Origin: Okamejei kenojei
Lineage: Eukaryota
Direction of reading: 5' to 3'
NCBI GenBank assembly: GCA_035221665.1
Contig: CM069145.1
Span: 57,412,001-57,476,000, forward strand
Length of the DNA stretch: 64,000 nucleotides
Position numbers and translations under genes: made by a program. Position 1 is the first letter of the stretch, and each line of letters starts with the position of its first letter. Positions 47,410 through 58,326 of this stretch are shown in pieces. The notes beneath the pieces were generated by a model. It did no database searches. It was given only the letters and a program-made list of their open reading frames with translations, and was not told the DNA's origin.

Positions 47410-48500
47410 ACACCACAGACCTATAGAGTGGTACAGTACTGAAATAGGCCCTTTCGTCCCGCCATGTCCCTGCCTTGCCACACTAATCTAATTTACACGC
47501 ATTCGATGCCTTGGGGATTGAAGAAACCTGTCAGACTTGTCAGTCGGTTATCTGCCTCCATCACCTCTTCAGACAGCGCCTTCCAGATTCTAGCAACCCT
47601 GTGAGCAACGGTTCGCTCAGAGCTCCTCTATACCTCCCAACTCTCACCCTAAACATATACTCTCTTGTTTGAGGAGCTTGCACATCGGGGAAATTATTTT
47701 TACTATCTACCATATTTATATACAATTTTTCTCAATTTCTATCACATCCCCACACAGCCCCTTCTCTCCACGAAAACCAAACCCAGACTCTTTATCTGTC
47801 CTTACACTTAGTTTCTCCAGTCCAGCCAACATCCTCGTAAATTTCAGATGCATCCTCTCCAGAACATTTGCATCATTTATTTAGTGTGGCTAGCAGAGCA
47901 GCAGAAAGTAGTTAATGTGTGGCATAAACCATGTTTTATATAGTTGTTATATGAGATTCCAGTTCTTTTGTCCCATGCTATAGCCAATGAGATCGACCAC
48001 GTCTTATGTCTTCTTCGCCGCCATATCAACCTGTGCTTCGACTTTGAGGGATATTTGACCGTGGACAGTAATGTGCCTTTGTTCATCAGCATTCCTCGTG
48101 GCCTTATATTTTAAATAGCACGCCCTGCTGTGCTCGTCCTATTCTCAGAACTGTGACGACCCGGTTGACTTGGTTGCACTAGGGACTTGGGACTTGTTTT
48201 TTTTTTTTGCGCTATATTATATTTTTTGTTTGTTGATTTTTTCTGTAATATATGACTGTACTTACAACCCTGTTGTACTGCTGCAAGGGGAAACATATTG
48301 TTCCGATTCGGTACATATGACAATTGAACATTATTGAATCATGACTCATGACTACTCTCGTTTGCCATCTTAATATGCATCACAGCCCATTTGTCAGGTT
48401 TTAATTCCATCTACCATTGCTCCAAGCCATTTTCCAACTGATCTGTCTCATGTTGTTACATTGAACACACGTCATTGCTATCGACAACACCACCTCTGCT
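47410..48500 (-). mobile_element. Very old CR1 remnant
   Basis: Patchy reverse-complement similarity to the CR1 RT and 3' end, e.g. ccagccaacatcctcgtaaatttcagatgcatcctctccag. Confidence 0.45.
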
Positions 48501-48949
48501 CGTATCAACTGCAGATAAATCATACCCCCTATATTCACATTCGGGTAGCTTGGGAATATGTAATATATATAGCCAATGTTTCAGGTTAGCTCTCAATCCT
48601 GGTGCAAGATCTCAATGCAAAATGTCGACTTACATGTTTTGTCTCCATAGATGTCGATTGGCCCACTAAGCGCTATTCTGTTGCTGCGGGTAGAAATACC
48701 TGATCCATATGCTGTTATCTCCTAAAATATTTATTCTGATTTGTTCGCCCGAATTTACCCACGAATAAACCACGGATGATTATCAACTCTCACCTTTCCA
48801 CATGGAAATGAATCATGGTCCTTAGACGTTTTCCAATATTTTCCCTGTCACTGAAGGAAGATGCAAGTGATGCAAAAGTAAGTGCAAATGGGGATCTGCA
48901 CTCATCATTTCTTTCTTGAATGATGGAAATATTTGCTGTCTTCCGATTC

Positions 48950-49275
48950 ACGACGTGGAGAAGATGTTTCCACTAGTGGGAGAGTCTAGGACCAGGGGCC
49001 ATAACCTCAGAATAAAATAATGTAACTTTAGAAAGGAGACGAGGAGGGATTCATTTAGACAGAGGGTGCTGAATCCGTGGAATCCATTGCAACAGAAGGC
49101 TGTAGAGGCTAGATTAATGCATATTTTAAAGATGGAGGTTGTTGTGATTAGTAAGGGTGTGAGGAGAAGGCACAACAATGGTATTGAGAATGAAAGATAG
49201 ATCGGTCATAATTGAATGGCGGAGAAGATTCGATCGGCCGAATGGCTTAATTCTGCTCATACAAGTTATGAACTT
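48950..49275 (+). mobile_element. CR1 3' fragment
   Basis: gacgtggagaagatgtttccactagtgggagagtctaggaccaggggccata..ggccgaatggcttaattctgctc. Confidence 0.8.
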
Positions 49276-49689
49276 AGGAAATTATGAACCACGTACTTTA
49301 ACGGTAGCTAATGCGGCGCAGGAATACCGGTTAGGCCGCAGCAATCCCATTAATTTATTCCCAGGGCAGTATTAGATGCATTTCAGTAGATCCCGGGGAG
49401 TTGAGGACTTTGTGGACTATGCGTCTCAAACCACTTGCACTGCTTCCTTCATTAAGCTAACCCTCTCAAACATAAACGTGTCTCACTCTGTACTCTCTTT
49501 CCAACATGTCTTCGTCTGAGTGGAAACACGCTCACCTCGTCAGTGCTTTAAATCTTCGAGGATTCCATGAGGGCGCTTAGCAGCCTTCACCTTTCCAACT
49601 CAAGGAGGGAAAGAACACAGCATGGTCGATATTTTCCTATAGATAGCCCTGGTGGAAATCTTGTAACAGAATATTTGCCCCATCAATCG

Positions 49690-49792
49690 TGACTCAAATT
49701 TGGAGTTGGAGGTGTTACCGATCCCCCGAAAGGCAACGCCTTGTATGCAGAACTGTATTTGTCAATTCCTCCACTTTGAGCACGTTTATAAA
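49690..49792 (+). promoter_or_regulatory. Putative V2 promoter with AP-1 site and TATA box
   Basis: TGACTCA at 49690-49696 and TATAAA at 49787-49792, about 75 nt upstream of ATG 49866. Motif matches only. Confidence 0.4.
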
Positions 49793-49865
49793 TTTTTCTT
49801 CGACATTCCATTCATATGTGGCTTAGGACATTAAAGATTATGGAATGATTCGAGCTTAGTAATGC

Positions 49866-50217
49866 ATGTTCACATGTTCACGAAATATATTTTGGAAACG
49901 CCTGGCCGTGTCTGTTTGTCCACTAATGATATCGTTTGGCTTAGGTGGGGAAAACGTTGTGCAAACATCTCCATCACAAATTCCCAGCGAATGGAAGACT
50001 ATCTCGATGGATTGTAATTCAACTATTGCATTCTCCGAGATGTATTGGTATGTGCAGCAGGCAGCCGAGGGCCCAAAATTATTGATCATGGCTTCAGATC
50101 TGGGTGAATATGAAGGTCGATTTACAGCAGTCGGTCGAAGTTCGGAGAAGAATGGTTCCTTGACAATCTCGTCCTTGCGTCTGACAGACACCGGAACCTA
50201 CTACTGTGCAGTACACA
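49866..50217 (+). CDS. T-cell receptor alpha/delta-type V segment V2, apparently with leader and V in one exon
   Basis: One ORF runs from MFTCSRNIFWKRLAVSVCPLMISFGLGG into ENVVQTSPS..ISMDC..MYWYVQQAAEGPKLLI..GRFT..GSLTISSLRLTDTGTYYCAV. C23, W41 and C104 are present, and an RSS follows. Confidence 0.88.
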
Positions 50218-50254
50218 CACAGTGCCAAGAAGCGTCGGAGACCGTACAAAAACT
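50216..50254 (+). promoter_or_regulatory. RSS of V2: canonical heptamer with a 21-nt spacer, or overlapping CACACAG heptamer with a 23-nt spacer
   Basis: CACAGTG at 50218-50224 and nonamer ACAAAAACT at 50246-50254 (21 nt between). An alternative CAC at 50216 gives exactly 23 nt. Confidence 0.85.
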
Positions 50255-51079
50255 GCCCTGCGTTCAAGTTGCTAGTTTCAAAGTGACTGAACTAATAGGC
50301 GCTCTGTTGTGTGAAAGATGGTGAAGTGCCCACTTCACCATCGTCTTAAGATATATTCTTTTGATATCTGTTGATGAAATATATGGACTCTGTGGAACAC
50401 TTTGCCCGAAAGCTTTCTTCGAGTGCGCATTATTACACTATCAATCCGTCCACCAATGGTTGCCCAGTAGAAACCCTCAGCGAAAAGCACAGAGGTTCAA
50501 GATCATCGAATCGCAGTTTGAAGAGTAATTACTGTTCGCGGCGTTCAAAATATAATCGACAAATACTTTCACAACGAGCAAGCGAGGTATTACGTGATAA
50601 AATATATTCAATGTTTAGATGTTATTTGAACACAATGCATTGTAATCAATATTTCGCTAACTCAATCTATCGAGTTTAGGAATAAATGAATACTGATTCA
50701 TTCAAATACACGTTTGTTTTGGAGTATTATATGAGAGTAATTTATTAGACGAGCTACTGCGCTTCGGGGTAGAATGTGGTATATTTTTCGTGAATGGAAA
50801 CAGGAGTATTGGAATGCTATATTATATCATATCATAAAAGTAATACAAATAATATAATCTAATGTCGAAGAATGCATAAGACACATATAACGGATGCTTT
50901 GAACATATATGAAATGCCGCTGGGTGGATAAAATTGCAATTGAACATGTTGTGAGTTTTGCTGCAGGATCCAGAACATTCCACCAGGTACACGTACCGGC
51001 AACTGTCTTCTGCCTTACGATTCTAGGATTTCTTTAGTAGGCACAATGTTGAATTACAATGCATATTGATGAATTGAGG

Positions 51080-51655
51080 GTTCGGTCCTAATTTGAGGAA
51101 TGACATTCTTGTTATTCCTAATTTGAGGAAGGACATTCTTGTTATTGAGGGACTTCAGCGTAGGTTTACAAGGTTAATTCCCGGGATGGCGGGGCTGTCA
51201 TATGCTGAGAGAATTCAGCAGCTGGGCTTGTACACTCTAGGGTTTAGAAGGATGAGAGGTGGTCTTATTGAAACATATAAGATTGTTAAGGGTTTGGACA
51301 CGCTAGAGGCAGGAAACATGTTCTCGATGTTGGGTGAGTCGAGAACGAGGGGCCACAGTTTAAGGATTTAAGTTTTAGGAGTAAGCCATTTAGAACGGAG
51401 ACGAAGAACCACTTGTTCTCACAATGGTGAGTCTGTGGAATTCTCTGCCTCAGAGGGCGGCAGAGGCAGGTTCTCTGGATACTTTCAAGAGAGAGCTAGA
51501 TAGGGCTCTTAAAAATAGCGGAGTCGGGGGATATGGGGAGAAGGAAGGAACGGGGTATTGATTGGTGATGATCAGCCATGATCACATTGAATGGCGGTGC
51601 TGGCTCGAAGGGCCGAATGGCCTACTCTTGCACCTATTGTCTATTGTCTATTGTC
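51080..51655 (+). mobile_element. CR1 3' fragment
   Basis: NLRKDILVIEGLQRRFTRLIPGMAGLSY..RTRGHSL with tail (ctattgt)n. Confidence 0.9.
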
Positions 51656-52089
51656 TTAAAATCGAAGTAAATGGATTTGTAAACAATACGACGTGGAAGT
51701 GCAGCTGAACAAAATAAGTACAATTGAATAACTAAAGAAACTTAAGCCGCAAGGTGAAATACGCACCTAAATGCTTAAGTTGTATAAATCATTTTCATCA
51801 ATCAATCAATGAGTAGACATGGGCACTGGATGTCAAACAATAGATGTTAAGAGTTATGATATGGCTTTAATCCGCCGTCAAGCGAGTTGATGAACGCCTC
51901 TGATGTAAGACACAACAAAATTCACACCATGGGAGGGGGAGGACACGTTAATTAAAGAGAGAGATATCGGAAGTCCTAGAATGGAAAGCTTCAGTTTGGG
52001 AGCAGATGCGGTGGTGAAGAGAAATTGAGAGTAGGGGATCACGTAATTGCCAGGGGCAAGGTCGAAGGAAATTGCGTCAGGTTACCTGG

Positions 52090-52560
52090 GAGAACAGTTG
52101 TGCAATACGTCAGTGAGGCCACACTTACAGTATCGTGTTGAGTTTTAGTCAAGCGACTAGAGGTAGAAAGTCATCAAGCAGGAAATCCTGCGGAGACGAT
52201 TGAGGAGGATGGCGCCAGAACTCGACCCCATGAGCTATTAAGGGAGGTAATGGAGTATATGACTATTCCTCTTAGGGCTGGAGTCTGAGAGATGATCTTG
52301 CAGATGTGTACACACTCATGGGGTGAATAGATAAGGTGAGTGCAGTTGTTTTAGGGGGTGGAGGGGGCATAAATTGGAATAAGAGCACATAATTGAACTA
52401 GAGCACATAAATTGGAATAGAGATGGGAAACATTTAATAGGAACACGAGTGGCAAATTTGTCACACAGAAGATGTTAGGTGCTGTAATTGGAACGAGCTG
52501 TTAGGGGACGTAGTTGGGGTGGTTACAATAACAACCTTTGAAATATATTTAGGAAACCGA
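52090..52560 (+). mobile_element. Old degenerate CR1 fragment; a Rex1 tail follows at 52778-53035
   Basis: cagtgaggccacacttacagtatcgtgttgagttttagtc is an LVRPHLEY-like remnant; downstream reads LKNRFPAVIRLLN. Confidence 0.55.
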
Positions 52561-53154
52561 ATAGAAACGATTGAACAGAATAGAAGGAGCCGTGGATGTG
52601 GCATCTTCAAACTTATATGAAGTCTCATTCATGAGGCAGGTTAAGAGCTATGATGTTTGGACGAGTGTGGTGGGGGTAATGGCATATATCCAGAATTGTA
52701 TAACAATATAAAATAAGAAGTTTGGAACACATGGACTCCCCGTTTTGCAAATCTGTCTGCTGGGATCATGGAGATCGCCACACTCAAGAACCGTTTCCCC
52801 GCTGTTATCAGACTGTTGAACATACCTCTCCTCCCTTTTAATCTCCCCTTTCGCGCCTTTTCACTTTTAAACTGCTCTTTCTCTGTCACCGTAACACTAT
52901 ATTCACCACTCGGTTTATTCTTTCTTTTGTACTACCCTCATGTGCTCATCTATGCTGTAATTTGCCTGGATAGCACGCAACACAAAGTTTTCACGGTTTC
53001 TCGATACAGGTGACAATAATAAACCAACACAAATACCAATTATTGATCGGCCATTTATCGTCAAATACCAATACATTTGATAATGCCAGATCGACGGTCG
53101 TTGGATAACAATATTTCATCGCACGATTAGCCAAAGTTGAGATTTAGTGTTCCC

Positions 53155-55631
53155 TCATCTTACTAATGTAGTAATTCGATTCCAAAGATACAGTGCAGCA
53201 TTTTTCATTTCCTCCCTGAATTTACTCTGGGTAACTACATAAATGCAAGTGTTGGTGCAAGAGCTCAGTAGCTGAAGCATGTTTCCACTTTCCTGGACGA
53301 ATGAACCTTGGGTCGTTGAAATTAGAACCACTGAAATAGGGTTCCTTTGAAATTTCCACGTAGAGGAAGTCAACAACGTACGTCATCCACAACAGGATGA
53401 AACTGCCCGAGATGAGAAAGAGCAAAACGATGGACTTTCTCCGACTCTCCATCTCTGCGTCGCTTTGCTTTTCTCCGTGACTCTGAGACACGAGTTTTTT
53501 GCGGCCTCTACTCGCCACGAGAATGTGTCTGGCCGTCAGAATATTAAAGATTAAAATCAGGACGAACGGGAGGCCTGGGTTTAAAATGCGTGCAAACCAA
53601 TCATACATTGTCCAGGCGAGTGATGTGCTGTAGACTGATTTCCTGGTACAAAACCATGGTTGATTGTCAATGATGTAGAGTGGTTCGTAGATAAAGTACC
53701 AGGGGACGCTTTTCAAACAGCTCAACACACAGATTGTCCCAATGACCACCGCCGCCGTTCTCTCCGTGCAATATGCACTCCTCAGCTTCTGGCAACAAAT
53801 GGCCACGAACCGATCAAAGGTGAATGCGACTGTCAACCAGACCGAACTCTCGGTGGCTGCATAAATTGCAACAGTGCTGAAAGTACAAGCTGGGGTTAAG
53901 GACATAAAACTAAAGGGAAAATAAATGCCAACAATCCGGTTGAATATAACAGCAGTGATAACGACCAGTAGATCCGTCACCGCCATCGACACCAGATACA
54001 GAGTGATGCACTTGGAGAGACCGCATCTTCCTCTGGATAGGACCATAATCGCCACCACATTCACTGATGGAAAAGACATTTTAAATTAATAGACGTGTTA
54101 TCATATTTATTTTAGTTTAGTTTAGTTTAGTTTAGTTTAATTTATTGTCACGTGTACCAAAGTACAGTGAAAACCTTTTTGCTGCGAGCAACCAGTCAAC
54201 TGAAAGACAATACATGATTCGGCTCGAAAGGCCGAATGGCCCTACTCCTGCACCTGTTGTCTATTGTCACGATGAAAATCGGGCCATCCACAGTGGATAC
54301 TCACGCAAACCATCACCCGGATGTTTTAAAGTTCTCACAGATAATAGTTTACAGATTGAGAGCAAAGCGAAAACACAAGTTCCCGGGATCAGTTACTGAC
54401 ACGATTTTACACGGAATATTTAGCTCTCAATTTAAAGGTAAGGACACGAGTGCGAAGGATTGGAAGGTATCTCGAAAATCCATTGAATGTTAGTCGGTAT
54501 CTATTAGCGTACAATTTTCCCTTTGAGGGGACAATGCAATGAAAATCTAGGTCTCTTCCACTATGGCTGCCAATCCAATACTGCGGCCTTTCCAGTAACG
54601 GCACAAACACAATGTACCAGTTTCCCTTTACCTTGAACTGAATTGAGCCTTAACTCATAAAGTATAGCAAGGTACTGGTGCCACAAATACGATACAGATA
54701 AGATATTGAACCGCAAGGTACAAAGTCGCCCCAAGCTAACCATCAAGTTGCAGAATACAATTAATATTTATCTGTATGCACGCTCAAAAAATAAACACAA
54801 TATCGGCGTTAACTTGGATTTTTTTTTTAAATGATCAGAGAGACTTACAATAAATATCAAGTAAAACGATTAAGAATGTTCTCAAAGATCCATGAAAAAT
54901 TGTAACATCTTCTGAAAACTAATAAGAAGCTCTGGCCCAAGGCCGACTAAAATAAAGACGTTATTCGTGGAAGGGCGGCGAGAGCCACTAGTCTAGTCCG
55001 GTAAATCAAAGACAATCTGTGGTAAAGAGAAGTCCGAAAGTAAGCATGACCTCGCACACCACCCAGCCACCACTGTTGTCTGATCGGGATCTCCTTGTCT
55101 GCTGAATCGCTCTGCGACATTGGACCATTTACATCGTTCACCTAGATCGGGTAAATTGTGACTTGGAATGATGGCATACAATCTATGATTACGAATTTGC
55201 AGTTGAATTTGCATCTTCCCAATTAGCAATCCTTCTGAAATGAATAGAAATACAATTCGGGGAAAGGCATCTCAGGTTGCAAGGTCGCCATTAATCATTT
55301 TCCATCACCACTGAGGGTTAAGATTTGTGCAATGGCGTTGTTGATTTCAGCAAGTCCGCCAGGAGACCTGTCATCAAAACCTCACATGTTATAAGAAGTT
55401 ACCAAAAATTTAGTTTCGTGACTAATTCTAAAATTACCATTGGAGTTTGCTTACCGAGGTAGAAGCACGCAGAGAAAAATGTGTCACCTTGTTAAATATC
55501 AGAAAAACTGTAATTTATTAAACATCGATATATCATTCGCTGATTTAGTACAACGGCTTACCCGGAACGCCGATGGCTGCAAGAAGTGGGTAGTAAATAG
55601 CATAAACTGGACCAGTTATTCTGTCGTGCAT
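53155..55631 (-). pseudogene. GPCR-4: GPR139/GPR142-like receptor with a single +1 frameshift before TM7; exon 1 55562-55631, exon 2 53155-54063; young pseudogene or assembly indel
   Basis: Exon 1 reads MHDRITGPVYAIYYPLLAAIGVP+G|gtaagc, and the acceptor is ttttccatcag|TG AAT. At 53296-53299 the sequence is TTC ATT CGTC CAG GAA where paralogs have F-I-L-Q-E. TM7 (QESGNMLQLLSSCTNTCIY) continues in the other frame to the stop at 53155. Total length is 979 nt (3n+1). Confidence 0.85.
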
Positions 55632-56344
55632 TGTTCATGAGATGGGTAGGTTTCTCCTGAAGGTATTCCGAAGTGCAATTTTGCCACAACCGACCTCTCA
55701 GTTTTACGCGGCGGGAATCCACAGAGATGCAATTAGATTAACGATGATTCAATTTCTTAAACGAATAAATTTGACACACGTTCCCTGTGCTCATTTTGTT
55801 TTCCAACAATTGGTCATCGAGGCGAAACAACCGCAGTTGGGTGAGATATAGTTGAGGAGAGCAACAGAGTAGTTAATCTCTGTAGTTGGGTGAGATATAG
55901 TTGAGGAGAAGCAAAGATAGAGGTGGTTACGTGTTTTTGTCCTGTGTCGCAATATTATAAATCTAATTTGCACAGAACGAAATACACTTACATAATACAC
56001 GGAGGACTCACTCAACGCACGGTGGATTCCCAACATTTTTCGTTACATCTCTGCAGAAATATTATTTGTACCCACCATCCAAGGTCTACACAAGATTACA
56101 AAATGCACTCGCTAAGGCGGCCTCACAAAACAGAAAGTGCAAGATGAGACCCCATAAGCAAATTACAGCATACTCCTTGCATTGCAAACAAACTCACACA
56201 ATACCTGGTCTGCAAGTAGAAAATGGAGGTAACTTATTTTGCACAAGAGCCATTCACCCTGTATTTCATCTAAAGACGTTGTTGTCGTTTACAAGTAGGA
56301 AACGTATTCTTAAAAACGGCTGACCCGTATATACTTGTAGATGT

Positions 56345-56676
56345 TCGTCCATTACAAGGATAGAAAAGTTCATAGTCAACAATCAGGGTGATTAATGGCA
56401 ATACTAGTGCAAAAACAAAAACAATGCGCCCAAGTGGATGTAGTTCGGAGCTTAGTTGAAGTTTGTAGTGTTTATTAACCTAACGGTTGTAGCAACGAAG
56501 CTGCCCTTGAACCTTGACGTTACAGTTTTCAGGCTCCTATAACTTATTCCGGATGGCAGGAGTGACATGAGAGTGTGGCCAGACTGGTGGGGGTTACTGA
56601 TGATGCTGGTTGCCTTTTTGAGGCAGCTACTCTTCTACATCCCTTTGATGGCGGTGGCGGTGTGTGTGTGTGTGTA

Positions 56677-56709
<33 letters not shown>

Positions 56710-56790
56710 ATACCTGTGATGGACTGGGCAGTCTTCACCACGCTCACCACTCTTTGCAATCTGCTTCGATATTAGGCGTTGGCGTTGCCG
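56345..56790 (-). mobile_element. Rex1/Babar-like 3' fragment
   Basis: LQRVVSVVKTAQSITG; strongly similar to 34820-35150. Confidence 0.7.
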
Positions 56791-56796
56791 ACCCAA

Positions 56797-57543
56797 AGGT
56801 TCACAGGTTCAAAGGTTCATTTATCGTCACATACACCAATTGGTGTAGTGAAATTCAAGTTGCCATTGCAGCACACTAATAAGAATGCAACACAACATTA
56901 AGGAGAATTTAAGATAAAACAAACAAACATCCCCTCACAATGGTTCCCACTGTGAAGGATGGCACAAAGTCCAGTCCCCATCCCCTTGTCCACCCATAGT
57001 CGGCCCTATTGAGGCCTCCGCAGTCGCCGCTATGGGGGCCCGATGTTTCAGGCCCTTCTCGCCGGGTGATGGTGCTGCGACGTCGGGAGAACCCTCTCAG
57101 CGGCTTGGGATGCCTGCAACGGCCGCTTCCTTACCGGAAACCGCGGCTTCCGAGGCCGGCAGGCCGCTCTGGACGGAGCTTCACCACTCAGCGAAAGATC
57201 CCAGGCTACCGATGTTAAAGTCAGCGCCGCCGCCCGCGGCTGGCCGCTCCACAGACCCGCAGCTCCGCGATGTTCAATTGGCGGACTCAGCATTCCGGAG
57301 CTCCAGCGCAGCGACCCGGGAAAGGCATCGCCCGCTCCCCGATAGCGCTCCTTATCTCGATGGCACGTACGGACTGAGAAACACAGTTCCCCCCCCCCCC
57401 CCCCCCCCTCCCCACCCCGCCCACCACAAATAAAAATAAAAGACCTACAAACAACACTTTTTACGTACTAAAAATAAAAAAGAAATAAAAGGACGGACAG
57501 CTGCAGGCAGGGCAACCATACCCAACTGGACGGCGCCCCCTAG
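56797..57543 (-). mobile_element. GC-rich non-autonomous retroposon, same family as 17625-18362
   Basis: Head tagggggcgccg on minus with T-rich and G tracts, tail (tgaacct)n; the 3' part also resembles 4655-4842. Confidence 0.6.
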
Positions 57544-57654
57544 ACTCCACATGCCATTTTGTAATGGTTTGCAGTCCATTGAATAGATAAGCATTATGGT
57601 TTTTAGTAATTTATACCAGGAAGCTTGATCAAAGGTGCTGAAGTAAATTATCTA

Positions 57655-58020
57655 TGGAGGTATATAAAATCATGACAGGAATAGATCGGGTAGATGCACA
57701 GAGTATCTTGCCCAGAGTAGGTGAATCGAGGACCAGAGGGCATGGGTATCAGGTGGAAAAGATTTAATAAGAATCTGGAGGGTTGGCCGTTTCACACAAA
57801 GCGCGGTGGGTGTATGGAACAAGCTGCCAGCAGAGGTAGTTGAGGCTGGGACTATTCCAACCTTTAAGAATCTGTTAGACAGGTACATGGATAGAACAGG
57901 TTTGGAGGGACATGGACTAAACGCGCGCAGATGGGACTAGTGTAGCTGGGACATTTTGGCCGGCGTGGACAAGTTAGGCCGAAGGGCCTGTTTCCACGAT
58001 TAATCACTCTATGACTCTAC
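57655..58020 (+). mobile_element. CR1 3' fragment
   Basis: gaggtatataaaatcatgacaggaatagatcggg..ggccgaagggcctgtttccacg..ctctatgactct. Confidence 0.8.
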
Positions 58021-58195
58021 GAAATCGGCGGGTCTGGCAGCATCAGTGGAGTGAATGATAAGGCGACGTTTCGTGCGTTTATTCTGTATTTCAAGGTAGG
58101 TTTTCATGCCTCTTTTTCTTATCTTCTAATCTTGAAGAGAGCAGCCACAAACCGAGTAGAAGGGTCGTCTGTACATATCTGCCCCCGCCCCAACC

Positions 58196-58228
<33 letters not shown>

Positions 58229-58326
58229 ACAGATGCAGCCTGGCCCGGTGAGTTTCGCCAGCGCTTTATTTTCTGCTACAATATTATCACCGCGCCTTTT
58301 ACACGCATTTTTAAGAGATATTTACA

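Noticed and set aside
54561-54746. ORF as exon 1 of GPCR-4
   Set aside because: No similarity to paralog exon 1; the true 70-nt exon is at 55562-55631.
10991-55631. Assigning the symbol GPR139 or GPR142, or calling these olfactory receptors
   Set aside because: They are multi-copy paralogs with only family-level similarity, so orthology cannot be shown. They lack OR motifs (MAYDRYVAIC, PMLNPFIY) and have a coding intron.
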